Positions 25,424 through 35,517 are shown, numbered from the stretch's first letter. The stretch: DNA of 44,267 nt from Elusimicrobiota bacterium (GCA_027858455.1 JAQICQ010000027.1:1-44267), one strand, 5' to 3'. The notes: generated by a model from the letters alone, not told the origin. Numbers and translations: made by a program.

Positions 25424-25497
25424 TGCCGGGTCGTCTAATGGCAGGACGGCGGCTTCTGGAGCCGTTTGTGGGGGTTCGAGTCCTCCCCCGGCAGCCA
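25424..25497 (+). tRNA. tRNA-Gln (CTG anticodon)
   Basis: A 74-nt cloverleaf was folded by hand: TGCCGGG TC GTCT AATGGCA GGAC G GCGGC TTCTGGA GCCGT TTGT GGGGG TTCGAGT CCTCC CCCGGCA G CCA. U1-A72 and G73 are as in bacterial tRNA-Gln. Confidence 0.9.
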
Positions 25498-25607
25498 CTT
25501 TATATAATATAGAGGAAGGGAAGAGGGTTTTTGGGTTTTTTTTAAATTTTAGGTGGCCTACTTTTGTATTATAACCAATATTCACATCGTATTAGGTTTT
25601 AAGTACC

Positions 25608-26699
25608 TTAGTTTATTTTATAGAAGAGAGTATCTTCTTTATGGATTACAGAGAGTATTCTCATCGAGGTAAGTTCTGATAATATATTTTTTACTTCTTT
25701 TAAAGGAACGCTGGTTTTGTTAGATATATTTTGCGCAGAAAATTTGTTAACTCCGGAGGAGTTTTTAGAGAAGTTTTTATATATACAGGACAGGATTAAT
25801 ATTATGTGCCGTTCTCTGTCTGTAATGTTGTTGTTTTTAAGTTTTTCCTTTCTTTCAATAGATTTATAATTTTGTATCGCAAAAGATATTTCTGTCCCGG
25901 CCAGTATAATCAGCCAACTTATATATATCCAGATAAAGGCAAGTACAATTTGGGAAAATCCGCCATATATAATATTAATTTTAGCTATGCTCCGGGACCA
26001 ATAAATATAAGTTCTTTGAGCCAGATGCCAGAGAATTGTAGTTGACGCTGCGCCCGAAGCCGCTGCTTTAAGCTTCACTTTTACATTAGGAAAATAAAGA
26101 TATATAAGGGTAAAGCCTGTGAAAGTTATTATATACGGCAGTATATTCCAGCTGAAGGGAATTGTTTTTTTTATAAAAGAAAGAGCCGCCGAAAGGCCTA
26201 CGGTGGCAATTAGCGGAATTATAAATATTCCCAGGAGATAATAAGTCAGCTTTTTGAAAAGATGTCTTTTTTCCTGTATATTCCATATGTCGCCAAAAGA
26301 TTTTTCTATATTATTTAAAAGGACAACAGAGGTTAAAAAGAGAGTAAGAGCGCCGAAGATACCTAAAGCGCTTACGTCGGTAGAATTAACATAGCTGATT
26401 ACTGTTTCGGTAACTTCGGGATTAAGAAGAATCTTGTTTAAAAGAGAGGCCGCATATATATTCTGGACTCCGGAGCGTTTTAATACAGCAAATACCACAG
26501 CAGAGAGCGGCACCAAGGCCAAAAGTGTGTAATAGGTAAGAGATGATGCCCGCACCACACAACGGTCATTAAAAAAATCCCGTACGATTATCATGCTGAT
26601 TTTAACAATTCTGACAAGCCGGGATTTTAAGGGGGGCAGATCCTCCTCATTTAATTTTTGTATCTTGTCCGATAAAAAAAATGTTAATTGTTTGAACAT
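25608..26699 (-). CDS. YihY/BrkB-family membrane protein with a C-terminal wHTH-like extension
   Basis: Has the N-terminal D.C...AS.LTYYTLLALVPL pattern and 6 TM helices. It is the only minus-strand gene in the window. Confidence 0.8.
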   Translation of the reverse strand: MFKQLTFFLSDKIQKLNEEDLPPLKSRLVRIVKISMIIVRDFFNDRCVVRASSLTYYTLLALVPLSAVVFAVLKRSGVQNIYAASLLNKILLNPEVTETVISYVNSTDVSALGIFGALTLFLTSVVLLNNIEKSFGDIWNIQEKRHLFKKLTYYLLGIFIIPLIATVGLSAALSFIKKTIPFSWNILPYIITFTGFTLIYLYFPNVKVKLKAAASGAASTTILWHLAQRTYIYWSRSIAKINIIYGGFSQIVLAFIWIYISWLIILAGTEISFAIQNYKSIERKEKLKNNNITDRERHIILILSCIYKNFSKNSSGVNKFSAQNISNKTSVPLKEVKNILSELTSMRILSVIHKEDTLFYKIN

Positions 26700-26810
26700 A
26701 AATAAATGATAACTTTTTAAGAGTTTTACTTCAAATCAAGGATTTATATATTTTGTTTTTTTAAATTATTTTAGTAGTATTAGAGTAAACTTTAAAATAA
26801 AAAACAATTT

Positions 26811-28667
26811 ATGAATAAGAGAATCTTAACAAAAAAACTTAATCTGACCAATATCTTTGCAATAGCTTCCGGAGCCATGATAAGCTCGGGGCTCTTTATA
26901 CTTCCGGGGCTGGCATTTGCCAAGTCCGGCCCGGCGGTGGTTCTTGCTTATTTTATAGCCGCTGTACTTGTAATTCCAGCGGTCTTAAGTATAGCGGAAC
27001 TGGTTACCGCCATGCCTAAAGCAGGAGGGGATTATTTCTTTATGGAAAGAAGTTTCGGCCCGGCGGTAGGAACTATAGGGGGATTGTCTTCTTGGTTTGC
27101 GCTTAGTTTTAAAAGCGCTTTTGCCCTTACCGGAATGAGTTTTTTCTCTCATCTCATTTTTCCTGATATTTCAATTTTCTATATAAAGCTTATAGCCGCC
27201 GGTTTATGTGTTTTCTTTACCCTCTTAAATATTTTCAGTGTTAAGGCTGCCGGCCGTTTTCAGGTTATTCTTGTGTTCTCGCTCCTCTCTCTTTTGTTTT
27301 TATATATCATGAAAGGTTTTGCTTATGTTGATGTACAGAGGTTTCAGCCGTTTGCTCCCCATGGTTTAAATGCCGTTTTTATGACCGCAGGGCTCATATT
27401 TATATCATTCAGCGGTCTGACAAAAATTGCCGCCCTCGCCGAAGAAGCGGAAAATCCGGGAAGAAATATTCCAATGGGAATGTTTCTGTCGCTGGGTATA
27501 ATAGGAGCCTTTTATATACTGACAGTATTTGTAACCGTAGGTGTTTTAGACGCGTCTGTTTTATCCGGGTCTGAGACCCCTATCTCTTTGGGGGCGGAAG
27601 TTATTATGGGCACTCCGGGAATCATACTCCTTTCTGTAGCAGCTCTTTTTGCATTTATTAGCACCGCAAATGCCGGCATAATGTCTGCTTCCAGGCAGCC
27701 CATGGCGCTAAGCCGGGACAAATTGCTCCCCAGGTTTTTTTCTAAAGTAAATAAGAGATTTAACACTCCGCACTACGGAATAATTTTTACAGGCATATTT
27801 ATGGTAATGGTGGTATTGTTCTTAAACCTTGAGGGGCTGGTGAAAGCTGCATCCACGCTGACGATACTTATCTTTATGCTGGCAAATGTGGCGGTAATAA
27901 GTATGAGGGAGGGCAGGATATTGAATTATCAGCCTAAGTTTAAAACTCCGCTCTATCCATGGACCCAGATATTTGGGATAATAGGGAGCATAGTTATACT
28001 TATTTATGTGGGGCAAGCGGCTTTGCTGACTATAGGGTCGGTTGTCGTTATAGGCATTGCTGTATATTTTTTATACGGCAGGAAGAGATATGAGAAAGAA
28101 TTTGCCCTTATTCATCTCGTTGAGCGCATAATGGATAAAAGTTTTTCTAAAAATATTCTGGAATCGGAGTTAAAAGATATTATAAGAGAAAGAGATGATA
28201 TTACAAGAGACCGGTTTGATAAGATAATTGAAAGCAGCACAATAATTGATATAAAGGAAAGACTTAATTTAGAAGAGTTTCTGTCCCGAATGGCCGATAT
28301 TATATCTAAAGAGATGGATATTGAAAGGCAGAAGGCGTATGACGCCCTCCATGCCCGGGAGAAAGATACAAGCACAGCCATTTCCCCGTTTGTTGCTATT
28401 CCCCATATAGTTATAGACGGCAAAGAAAGATTTGAAATATTTATGGCCAGGGCAAAGAAAGGCATTGAATTTACTGACCAGGATAACATAAAAGCAGTAT
28501 TTATATTAATAGGCACCCCGGACGAGAGAAATTTTCATCTGAAAGCTCTTTCGGCAATAGCCCAGATAGTTCAGGCGGAAAATTTCAGGGATATATGGAT
28601 GAATGCTTTGAGAGAAAACAATCTGAGAGATATCATACTTTTAGGCAAGAGGGCGAGGCACAATTGA
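26811..28667 (+). CDS. APC-superfamily amino-acid permease fused to a C-terminal PTS EIIA type-2 (PtsN-like) domain
   Basis: The ~12-TM permease has IASGAMISSGLF.LPG. The C-terminal 150 aa (nt 28212-28664) match the EIIA-2 pattern, including RE..TSTAI.P.VAIPH and VF.L.GTP.....HL..L..IA. Confidence 0.8.
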   Translation: MNKRILTKKLNLTNIFAIASGAMISSGLFILPGLAFAKSGPAVVLAYFIAAVLVIPAVLSIAELVTAMPKAGGDYFFMERSFGPAVGTIGGLSSWFALSFKSAFALTGMSFFSHLIFPDISIFYIKLIAAGLCVFFTLLNIFSVKAAGRFQVILVFSLLSLLFLYIMKGFAYVDVQRFQPFAPHGLNAVFMTAGLIFISFSGLTKIAALAEEAENPGRNIPMGMFLSLGIIGAFYILTVFVTVGVLDASVLSGSETPISLGAEVIMGTPGIILLSVAALFAFISTANAGIMSASRQPMALSRDKLLPRFFSKVNKRFNTPHYGIIFTGIFMVMVVLFLNLEGLVKAASTLTILIFMLANVAVISMREGRILNYQPKFKTPLYPWTQIFGIIGSIVILIYVGQAALLTIGSVVVIGIAVYFLYGRKRYEKEFALIHLVERIMDKSFSKNILESELKDIIRERDDITRDRFDKIIESSTIIDIKERLNLEEFLSRMADIISKEMDIERQKAYDALHAREKDTSTAISPFVAIPHIVIDGKERFEIFMARAKKGIEFTDQDNIKAVFILIGTPDERNFHLKALSAIAQIVQAENFRDIWMNALRENNLRDIILLGKRARHN

Positions 28668-28726
28668 ATTTCTGCTCTCTTTTTTATATAATCAATACTT
28701 AAATATTTTAATTATAAATAACAGTT

Positions 28727-29461
28727 ATGAAATCACTTAAATTTGTCATATTAGCGGGGGGCCGCGGTGTTAGGATGAAATCGGATTTACCTAAACCTTT
28801 AAAGAAGTTAAAAGGAAAAACTATGCTTAAAAGAGTTGTAGGTGCCGCCGCCGATTTTTTTTCGGAGAGGGTTCCGGACAGCATTCAGGACAATATTATT
28901 GTCGTTGAATCCGACGACAGAGTTAAGAAAGCCGCCGAAGAACTCGGATGCATAACAGCCCGGCAGGAAAACCCGCTCGGGACGGCCGATGCATTAATAA
29001 AAGCGCTTCCTTTTGCGGAAGACGCAGATGATATTATCGTTGCCTGCGCAGATGTGCCTCTAATAAAAGGGCAGACATTTAAAGAACTTTACCGGATCCA
29101 TAAAGCAGATAAAAATTATATTACTCTCATAGTTTCAAAGGTTGATGACCCAAAGGGGTACGGCCGGGTTATAATCAAGGGGGGCGAAGTTGCAGAGATT
29201 GTAGAAGAAAAAGAAGCTTCGCATAAAGAACAGCAAATAGATATAATAAACGGCGGGATATACTGTATAAAAGCCAAAGGCCTGAAAGAGTATCTGCAAA
29301 AGATAAAAAGGTCTCCGGTTAAAGGTGAGTTTTATCTTACGGATTTAGTTAAAATAACCGCCGGTGACGGCAGAAGGAACGGTATTATAAAAACCGGCGA
29401 AAGAGAGATTAAAGGTATAAACCGGCCCGAGCAGTTAAAGGCTGCCGAAGAATTTATTTAA
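28727..29461 (+). CDS. GlmU-like sugar-1-phosphate nucleotidyltransferase, N-terminal domain only
   Basis: Has ILAGGRGVRMKSDLPKPL, GTADAL, ADVPLI, GYGR and FYLTD. The 244-aa protein has no left-handed beta-helix acetyltransferase half. It occupies the conserved glmU-prs-ctc-pth position. Confidence 0.75.
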   Translation: MKSLKFVILAGGRGVRMKSDLPKPLKKLKGKTMLKRVVGAAADFFSERVPDSIQDNIIVVESDDRVKKAAEELGCITARQENPLGTADALIKALPFAEDADDIIVACADVPLIKGQTFKELYRIHKADKNYITLIVSKVDDPKGYGRVIIKGGEVAEIVEEKEASHKEQQIDIINGGIYCIKAKGLKEYLQKIKRSPVKGEFYLTDLVKITAGDGRRNGIIKTGEREIKGINRPEQLKAAEEFI

Positions 29462-29474
29462 AACGAGGGATTAA

Positions 29475-30416
29475 ATGAACAACAAAATGAAAATATTTTC
29501 AGGGACCTCAAATTTAAAACTTTCAAAGATGATTTGCAGTTATCTGGGGGTTGAGCTCAGCAAATCAAAAGTAAGCAGTTTTTCGGACGGTGAATGCCGG
29601 ATAAAGATACTTGAAAACGCCAGGGGAACCGATGTATTTATAATCCAGTCCACGGCGCCTCCTGTAAATCATAATATTATGGAGCTTCTTATTATGATAG
29701 ATGCCTTAAAGCGCGCTTCGGCAAAAAGGATAACAGCGGTGATACCATATTACGGTTATGCCAGGCAGGACAGAAAAGACAGCCCCCGGGTGCCGATTAC
29801 AGCAAAGCTGGTGGCTAATGTGCTTCAGGTGGCCGGAGAAGACAGGATACTTTCGGTTGATATACAATCCCAGCTGATTCAGGGATTTTTTGATTGTCCG
29901 CTGGATAATATTCTTGCATTGCCTGTTGTTATAGAATATCTTGAGAAAAATAAGATTAAAGATTTAACGGTGGTTGCGCCCGATACAGGCGGAGTGGAAA
30001 GAGCCCGGGAGCTTGCAAAGAGAATAGATGCCGATATTGTTGTAATAGACAAAAGGCGTCCCGAACCCAATGTAGCAAAGATATATAATGTAATCGGGGA
30101 TGTTAAGGGCAAAAATGCTGTTATAGTTGACGATATGGTTGATACGGCAGGTACTCTTGCCGAGATATCGCAAGCTCTTATGGAAAACGGGGCAAAAGGG
30201 GTTTACGGATTATGCACCCACGGAGTTCTTTCCGGTGACGCCGTAGAAAAAATCAGGAAGAGTTCCATTAAAGAGTTGATAACTACAGATACCATCCCGA
30301 TGGATGATAATAAAAATAAAGTTAATAAAATTAAAGTTCTGTCTATTGCGGAGCTTCTCGGAGAAGCAATAAAAAGAATTCATGAAGAGACTTCTGTAAG
30401 TGATTTGTTTGTATAG
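29475..30416 (+). CDS. prs: Ribose-phosphate pyrophosphokinase
   Basis: Has F.DGE....I.E..RG.DVFI.QS, PYYGYARQDRK and VDDM.DT.GT. Confidence 0.95.
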   Translation: MNNKMKIFSGTSNLKLSKMICSYLGVELSKSKVSSFSDGECRIKILENARGTDVFIIQSTAPPVNHNIMELLIMIDALKRASAKRITAVIPYYGYARQDRKDSPRVPITAKLVANVLQVAGEDRILSVDIQSQLIQGFFDCPLDNILALPVVIEYLEKNKIKDLTVVAPDTGGVERARELAKRIDADIVVIDKRRPEPNVAKIYNVIGDVKGKNAVIVDDMVDTAGTLAEISQALMENGAKGVYGLCTHGVLSGDAVEKIRKSSIKELITTDTIPMDDNKNKVNKIKVLSIAELLGEAIKRIHEETSVSDLFV

Positions 30417-30447
30417 AAAATTTAAGAAATAGAAAAGAGAGGAAATA

Positions 30448-31164
30448 ATGGTTGATGAAGTAAAATTAGATGTACAGGAAAGAAAAGTATTTAAAAGAAG
30501 CCGTGTAAACGAACTCAGAGGGCAGGGAAGTATTCCCGCTGTTCTTTACGGTCCGGATATAGAAAATGTTTCTATATTCATAGATGAAAAGGAATTCAAA
30601 GAGGCTATATATACCGAACACGGCGAGAATGTTTTAATAAAAATAAAGGTAGGTAAATCAAAACCGGTCACCTCTATTATTAAAGAGATACAGGTTAATC
30701 CGGTATCAATGAAAATTATCCATGTCGACTTTGCTCAAATAAGTCTTACCGAAAAAATTGAAGTTAATGTACCTGTAGAAATTGAAGGTAAGGCTCCGGG
30801 AGTAGAAACTGAAGGCGGTGTTATTGACCAAATAGTAAGAGAAGTCAGGGTAAGCTGTCTTCCGACTAAGATACCGAATAAATTTATAATTGATGTTTCC
30901 GAGCTCAATCTTGGTGAAAGTATTACAATAGCCGGGATTAAGACAGTTGAAGGCGTTGAAATTCTTAAAGACGATGAAAGACTTGTTGTTCATGTGGTTG
31001 AGCCTACAGAAATTGAAGAGCCCGAAGAAGGCGAGGAAGAAATAGCCGAGCCCGAAGTTATAGGAGCAGAGAAACCTGAGGCAGCCGCAGAAGAAGCCGC
31101 CGAGCCTTCTAAGGAAGAGCCGGCAAAAGCGCCCGAAGATAAGGAAACCAAATCCGACGAATAA
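30448..31164 (+). CDS. rplY: 50S ribosomal protein L25/general stress protein Ctc, with acidic C-terminal tail
   Basis: Has R..G.IPAVLYG, H.DF. and VPV...G.A.GV...GG. Confidence 0.9.
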   Translation: MVDEVKLDVQERKVFKRSRVNELRGQGSIPAVLYGPDIENVSIFIDEKEFKEAIYTEHGENVLIKIKVGKSKPVTSIIKEIQVNPVSMKIIHVDFAQISLTEKIEVNVPVEIEGKAPGVETEGGVIDQIVREVRVSCLPTKIPNKFIIDVSELNLGESITIAGIKTVEGVEILKDDERLVVHVVEPTEIEEPEEGEEEIAEPEVIGAEKPEAAAEEAAEPSKEEPAKAPEDKETKSDE

Positions 31165-31179
31165 AGAGCAAAATTTTAT

Positions 31180-31719
31180 TTGGGTAAAAAAATAATTATA
31201 GGGCTGGGAAACCCCGGATTAAAATACAGAAAGACCAGGCATAATGCCGGCTTTTTGCTGGCTGACGCTTTAGCCGGCAGTTTTAAAAAAGATAAAAACT
31301 GCGCGGCGCTTGTTTCGGAGGACGAAAACTATATTGTAGCTAAACCCGAGACATATATGAATAAAAGCGGACTGGCTGTAAAAAAGATAGTTAAAAAGTA
31401 TAATGCCGATATAAAAGATATACTTATTGCGTATGACGACTTTAATCTTTCGCGGGGAAAATTAAGAATAAGACCCGGAGGTTCGGCCGGAGGTCATAAC
31501 GGGCTTCAGTCCGTGATTGATACTTTAGACACAAAGAGAATTCCGCGTTTGAGATTAGGTATAGGTGGTATAGCTCTCAGGAATAAGATAGAATATGTAC
31601 TTGAGCGGTTTGGTAACCGCGAGTTTAAAGAGATAAAGGATATGATTATTGAAGCAAAACGGTTAATTTATTATTATGTAAAGTACGGCATCGCCGATAC
31701 TATGAACAAATATAATTAA
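31180..31719 (+). CDS. pth: Peptidyl-tRNA hydrolase
   Basis: Has IIGLGNPG.KY..TRHN.GF, YMN.SG, DD..L..G.LR.R..GS.GGHNGL.S. The start is TTG. Confidence 0.9.
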   Translation: MGKKIIIGLGNPGLKYRKTRHNAGFLLADALAGSFKKDKNCAALVSEDENYIVAKPETYMNKSGLAVKKIVKKYNADIKDILIAYDDFNLSRGKLRIRPGGSAGGHNGLQSVIDTLDTKRIPRLRLGIGGIALRNKIEYVLERFGNREFKEIKDMIIEAKRLIYYYVKYGIADTMNKYN

Positions 31720-31721
31720 AT

Positions 31722-32351
31722 ATGGGAAAATTTCAAGATAAAATAAAAGGTCAGTTTTTTACAGGTATAATTGTTCTAATGCCGTTAGGGCTTACGGCAT
31801 GGATAGTATGGGTTCTTTTCAGAGTTATAGGGAAAAGGTTTTTGCCGCTTTTTGAAAATTATCAAGCCCTTGCGGACTTACCGCTTGCCGCGCGGATGAC
31901 AATAAGCGCTTTTCTAACGGTTATTGTTATCTGGGCTATAGGCTTTCTGGCAAGAAATTTTATAGGGAAAGGTCTTCTTCACTGGCTTGAAAAGTTATTG
32001 TTAAAGACGCCCGTGGTATCTAAAATTTATAAAACTATAAGGCAGTTGACGGATTCCATGTTTGTCAACAAACAGGCTTTTAAGGAAGTGGCTTTGATTG
32101 AGTATCCCCGCCGTGGATTATATACGGTAGTGTTTGTAACTAATGCAGACATAGAAGATAAAAAAGGCAAAGATTTAACGGCTGTATTTATTCCTTCAAC
32201 CCCTAACCCGACGACAGGTTACTGCATATTACTTCCGACAGAAGATGTTAAAAAACTTTCAATAAGTGTAAATCAGGCAATGGAATTTATATTTTCAGGC
32301 GGGATACTGGTTCCCGGAGATATGGAATTTCCTGATTTTGAAAAAAAGTAA
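31722..32351 (+). CDS. DUF502-domain membrane protein
   Basis: Has FFTGIIVLMPLGLTAWIVWVLF, V.L.EYPR.G.Y...FVT and PTTPNPT(S/T)G. Confidence 0.75.
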   Translation: MGKFQDKIKGQFFTGIIVLMPLGLTAWIVWVLFRVIGKRFLPLFENYQALADLPLAARMTISAFLTVIVIWAIGFLARNFIGKGLLHWLEKLLLKTPVVSKIYKTIRQLTDSMFVNKQAFKEVALIEYPRRGLYTVVFVTNADIEDKKGKDLTAVFIPSTPNPTTGYCILLPTEDVKKLSISVNQAMEFIFSGGILVPGDMEFPDFEKK

Positions 32352-32374
32352 GTTAAGGAACAAAGGAGGATTAC

Positions 32375-34420
32375 ATGTTTAGCGGATTTGTAGGAGATTA
32401 CAGTTCACTTTGGATAGCGGCCGGGTGCGGTGTGCTTGGACTTTTGTTCGTATGGATGACTTCACGGGCAGTTATGAAAAACGACCCCGGAGATCAGAAA
32501 GTCAGGACTATATCCCGTAAGATACAAAAGGGAGCCATGACTTTTTTAAAGAGAGAATACAGCTGGATACTTGTATTTGTATTAACTCTGGCTGTTATAA
32601 TATTTTTTACGATTGCAAAGGCTACGGCTTTTGCTTTTATTATAGGAGCCGGCTGTTCAATTCTTGCCGGTTATATTGGGATGAGGGTAGCAACTTCCGC
32701 AAACGGCAGAACAGCGACGGCTGCTTCAAAGAGTATATCAAAAGCTCTCGGAGTTGCTTTTCAGGGCGGCGCCGTTATGGGCGTTAGCGTAGTAGGTCTC
32801 GGACTTTTAGGGCTTGCGCTGGTATATATATTATTAATAAGTATGGGTTTAAAAGAGATGCTTTTGTTTGCTTCTATTGAAAAAGCCACATCTCTTATAA
32901 TAGGTTTTAGTATGGGCGCGTCATCAGTAGCCCTCTTTGGCAGGGTCGGCGGAGGAATCTATACTAAAGCCGCCGATGTAGGGGCCGACCTTGTAGGTAA
33001 GGTTGAAGCAGGTATCCCGGAAGACGATCCCAGGAACCCGGCGGTCATAGCCGATAACGTCGGAGATAATGTCGGCGATGTAGCCGGTATGGGCGCCGAC
33101 CTTTATGAGTCTTATGTAGGCGCTATAATTTCAGCGATGGTAATTGCGGTAGCCGCAAACAATACTCAGGGTATAATGCTGGCTTTCTTAATCGCCGGAT
33201 GGGGGATAATTGCGTCAATAATCGGTGTGTTTTTTGTAAAAGCAGGCAGAGCTCAGCCTCAAAAAGCTCTGAGAAACGGGATGATAGTTTCTTCGGTCGG
33301 ATTGCTTGCGGGAACGTTTTTACTGGCCCGCTACTGGTATCCGACTTTTGATCCTTTCTGGTCGGTTCTTGTAGGGCTTGCAGCCGGTATAATAGTAGGT
33401 TATACGGCAGAATATTATACTTCCGGCAAAAAAGTTCAACAAATTGCCGAAGCCTCAAAGACCGGGCCTGCGACAAATATCATATCGGGAATGGCGATAG
33501 GAATGATGTCAACCGCCATACCTCTTGTTGCTATATCAGCGGCAATAGTCATTGCCTACAGCGTCAGCGGAGTATTCGGTGTATCACTTGCCGCTATAGG
33601 AATGCTTTCTATAACCGGCATGACGGTAGCTGTAGATGCATACGGCCCGATAGCCGATAATGCGGCGGGAATTGCCGAAATGGCAGAGATGGGGCAGGAT
33701 GTCAGAGAGCGCGCCGAAGCGCTTGACGCGGTAGGAAATACCACCGCAGCGGTGGGAAAAGGGTTTGCCATAGGTTCAGCGGCGCTTACCGCCATGGCAT
33801 TATTTGTTGCTTTCGCAGAGACGGCCAATATAAGCGTAATTGATATATTAAAACCGTCGGTTGTAGCGGGTATGTTTATAGGCGGAGTAGTTCCGTTTGT
33901 ATTTGCGGCAGCTACTATGAGCGCGGTAGGCAAAGCCGCTTACCGGGTTGTAGAAGAAGTGCGCCGTCAGTTTAAGGAGATTACCGGACTTATGGAAGGT
34001 AATGCAGAGCCGGACTCGGAAAGATGTGTGGACATAACAACCCGAGGGGCTTTAAGAGAGATGGTCCTCCCCGGAGTGCTGGCTATTTTAATACCTATTC
34101 TTGTAGGGTCTCTGCTGGGGCTGACAGCTCTTGGAGGGTTCCTTGCCGGAAGCCTTATTTCCGGAGTTCCGCTGGCAATATTTCTCGCTAATTCAGGCGG
34201 TGCCTGGGATAACGCAAAAAAATGGGTTGAAGAAGGGAATTTAGGCGGAAAGAATTCCGATGTTCATAAAGCAACGGTGATAGGAGATACAGTCGGAGAT
34301 CCGTTTAAAGATACCTCAGGGCCGTCGCTGAATATACTTCTTAAACTTATGGCCGTTGTTTCTCTTGTATTTGCCGGAGCCATAGGAAGCATACATTTTT
34401 ATCTGGCAGGGCTTTTTTAA
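32375..34420 (+). CDS. hppA: Membrane-integral cation-translocating pyrophosphatase (K+-dependent clade signature)
   Basis: Has [36 protein letters not shown] analogues, [18 protein letters not shown] (Ala rather than Lys after GNTT) and [18 protein letters not shown]. Confidence 0.95.
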   Translation: MFSGFVGDYSSLWIAAGCGVLGLLFVWMTSRAVMKNDPGDQKVRTISRKIQKGAMTFLKREYSWILVFVLTLAVIIFFTIAKATAFAFIIGAGCSILAGYIGMRVATSANGRTATAASKSISKALGVAFQGGAVMGVSVVGLGLLGLALVYILLISMGLKEMLLFASIEKATSLIIGFSMGASSVALFGRVGGGIYTKAADVGADLVGKVEAGIPEDDPRNPAVIADNVGDNVGDVAGMGADLYESYVGAIISAMVIAVAANNTQGIMLAFLIAGWGIIASIIGVFFVKAGRAQPQKALRNGMIVSSVGLLAGTFLLARYWYPTFDPFWSVLVGLAAGIIVGYTAEYYTSGKKVQQIAEASKTGPATNIISGMAIGMMSTAIPLVAISAAIVIAYSVSGVFGVSLAAIGMLSITGMTVAVDAYGPIADNAAGIAEMAEMGQDVRERAEALDAVGNTTAAVGKGFAIGSAALTAMALFVAFAETANISVIDILKPSVVAGMFIGGVVPFVFAAATMSAVGKAAYRVVEEVRRQFKEITGLMEGNAEPDSERCVDITTRGALREMVLPGVLAILIPILVGSLLGLTALGGFLAGSLISGVPLAIFLANSGGAWDNAKKWVEEGNLGGKNSDVHKATVIGDTVGDPFKDTSGPSLNILLKLMAVVSLVFAGAIGSIHFYLAGLF

Positions 34421-34482
34421 TCCGGCCCCGCCCAAAAGATAAAATTGTTATACAGTTCTGTGGCAGGAAGCCGCGCGGATAA

Positions 34483-35481
34483 ATGAACTGCGGGATTATA
34501 GGTTTGCCAAATGTAGGCAAGTCAGCTCTTTTTAATCTTTTAACGGAGAACAATGCCCGCAGTTCAAATTATCCTTATTGCACGGTTGAACCCAATACCG
34601 GTATAGCCTACCTGACAGACAAACGCCTCGATAAACTTAAAGAGGTATTTGATGTTCAAAAAATAGGATATCCTTATATGGATTTTATAGATGTAGCCGG
34701 GCTTCCCCCCGGAGCGTCTAAAGGAGAAGGCCTGGGAAATCAGTTTCTTTCAAATATAAGGGATGCTTACTGTCTTTTGCAGGTGGTAAGAGATTTCAAC
34801 TCTCCCGATGTTTCCCGGTTCGAGCCGTCAAGCTCGACGCCAGTAAGAGACTTTGAGCTTGTGGATGCCGAACTTTTTCTGGCTGATCTTCAGATAGCCG
34901 AAAGAAGGATTGAAGATAATCATCAGTCGGATTATTGGAATAAAACCCGCAGCCGGCTTATGAGGCAGGAGCGCCCCGAACAGGACAGGGACGGAGTTTT
35001 GCTTACGGCAAAACCCATGATAGTTGTTGTCAATATTACCACCGGCAGCGAAAAACCCGAGTTTGACAGGGAGAAAGTTATCTATACCGACATAAAGTTT
35101 CTGGAGGAATTAAAGGCAATGGAACCTGCCGAAAGAGAGGAATTTAAAGATATGAACTCTTCATGGGAATCAGGTATAGATGAAATTATGTTTAAAGTTA
35201 AAGATATGCTTGATATGGTGACTTTTTTTACAGTTGAAGGCGGCAGGGAGGTTAAAGGGCATAATATCAAAAGAGGAAAAAGCGTATATGAGGCCGCCGG
35301 TAAAATTCACAGCGATATGCAAAAGAGTTTTGTGAAAGCGGAGGTCTATAATTACAAACAATTAAAAGAAGCAGGATATATGCCGCGTAAACTCAGGGAG
35401 TCCGGAAAAATCAGAATGGAGGGCCGAGACTACAAGGTTAAAGACGGAGATATAGTTAAAGTAATGTTCGGCTCGCCTTAA
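34483..35481 (+). CDS. ychF: Ribosome-binding ATPase YchF (divergent, short)
   Basis: Has the G1 motif GIIGLPNVGKSALFN, F.D.AGL..GAS.GEGLGN.FL, and a C-terminal TGS-like FFT.G..E....I..G..A...AG.IHSD..K.F..AEV. Confidence 0.85.
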   Translation: MNCGIIGLPNVGKSALFNLLTENNARSSNYPYCTVEPNTGIAYLTDKRLDKLKEVFDVQKIGYPYMDFIDVAGLPPGASKGEGLGNQFLSNIRDAYCLLQVVRDFNSPDVSRFEPSSSTPVRDFELVDAELFLADLQIAERRIEDNHQSDYWNKTRSRLMRQERPEQDRDGVLLTAKPMIVVVNITTGSEKPEFDREKVIYTDIKFLEELKAMEPAEREEFKDMNSSWESGIDEIMFKVKDMLDMVTFFTVEGGREVKGHNIKRGKSVYEAAGKIHSDMQKSFVKAEVYNYKQLKEAGYMPRKLRESGKIRMEGRDYKVKDGDIVKVMFGSP

Positions 35482-35517
35482 TTTGTAAAGAAAACTTTAA
35501 AGATATATAATCAAAAA

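Noticed and set aside
25364-25585. 73-aa minus-strand ORF
   Set aside because: It spans tRNA-Gln (25424-25497) and the end of the DUF1844 gene. It is an artefact of the tRNA region.
25498-25607. Bidirectional terminator between tRNA-Gln and the convergent yihY gene
   Set aside because: Only an imperfect hairpin (AACCAATA...TATT-A-GGTT) and T-runs without a convincing GC stem are present. This is insufficient support.
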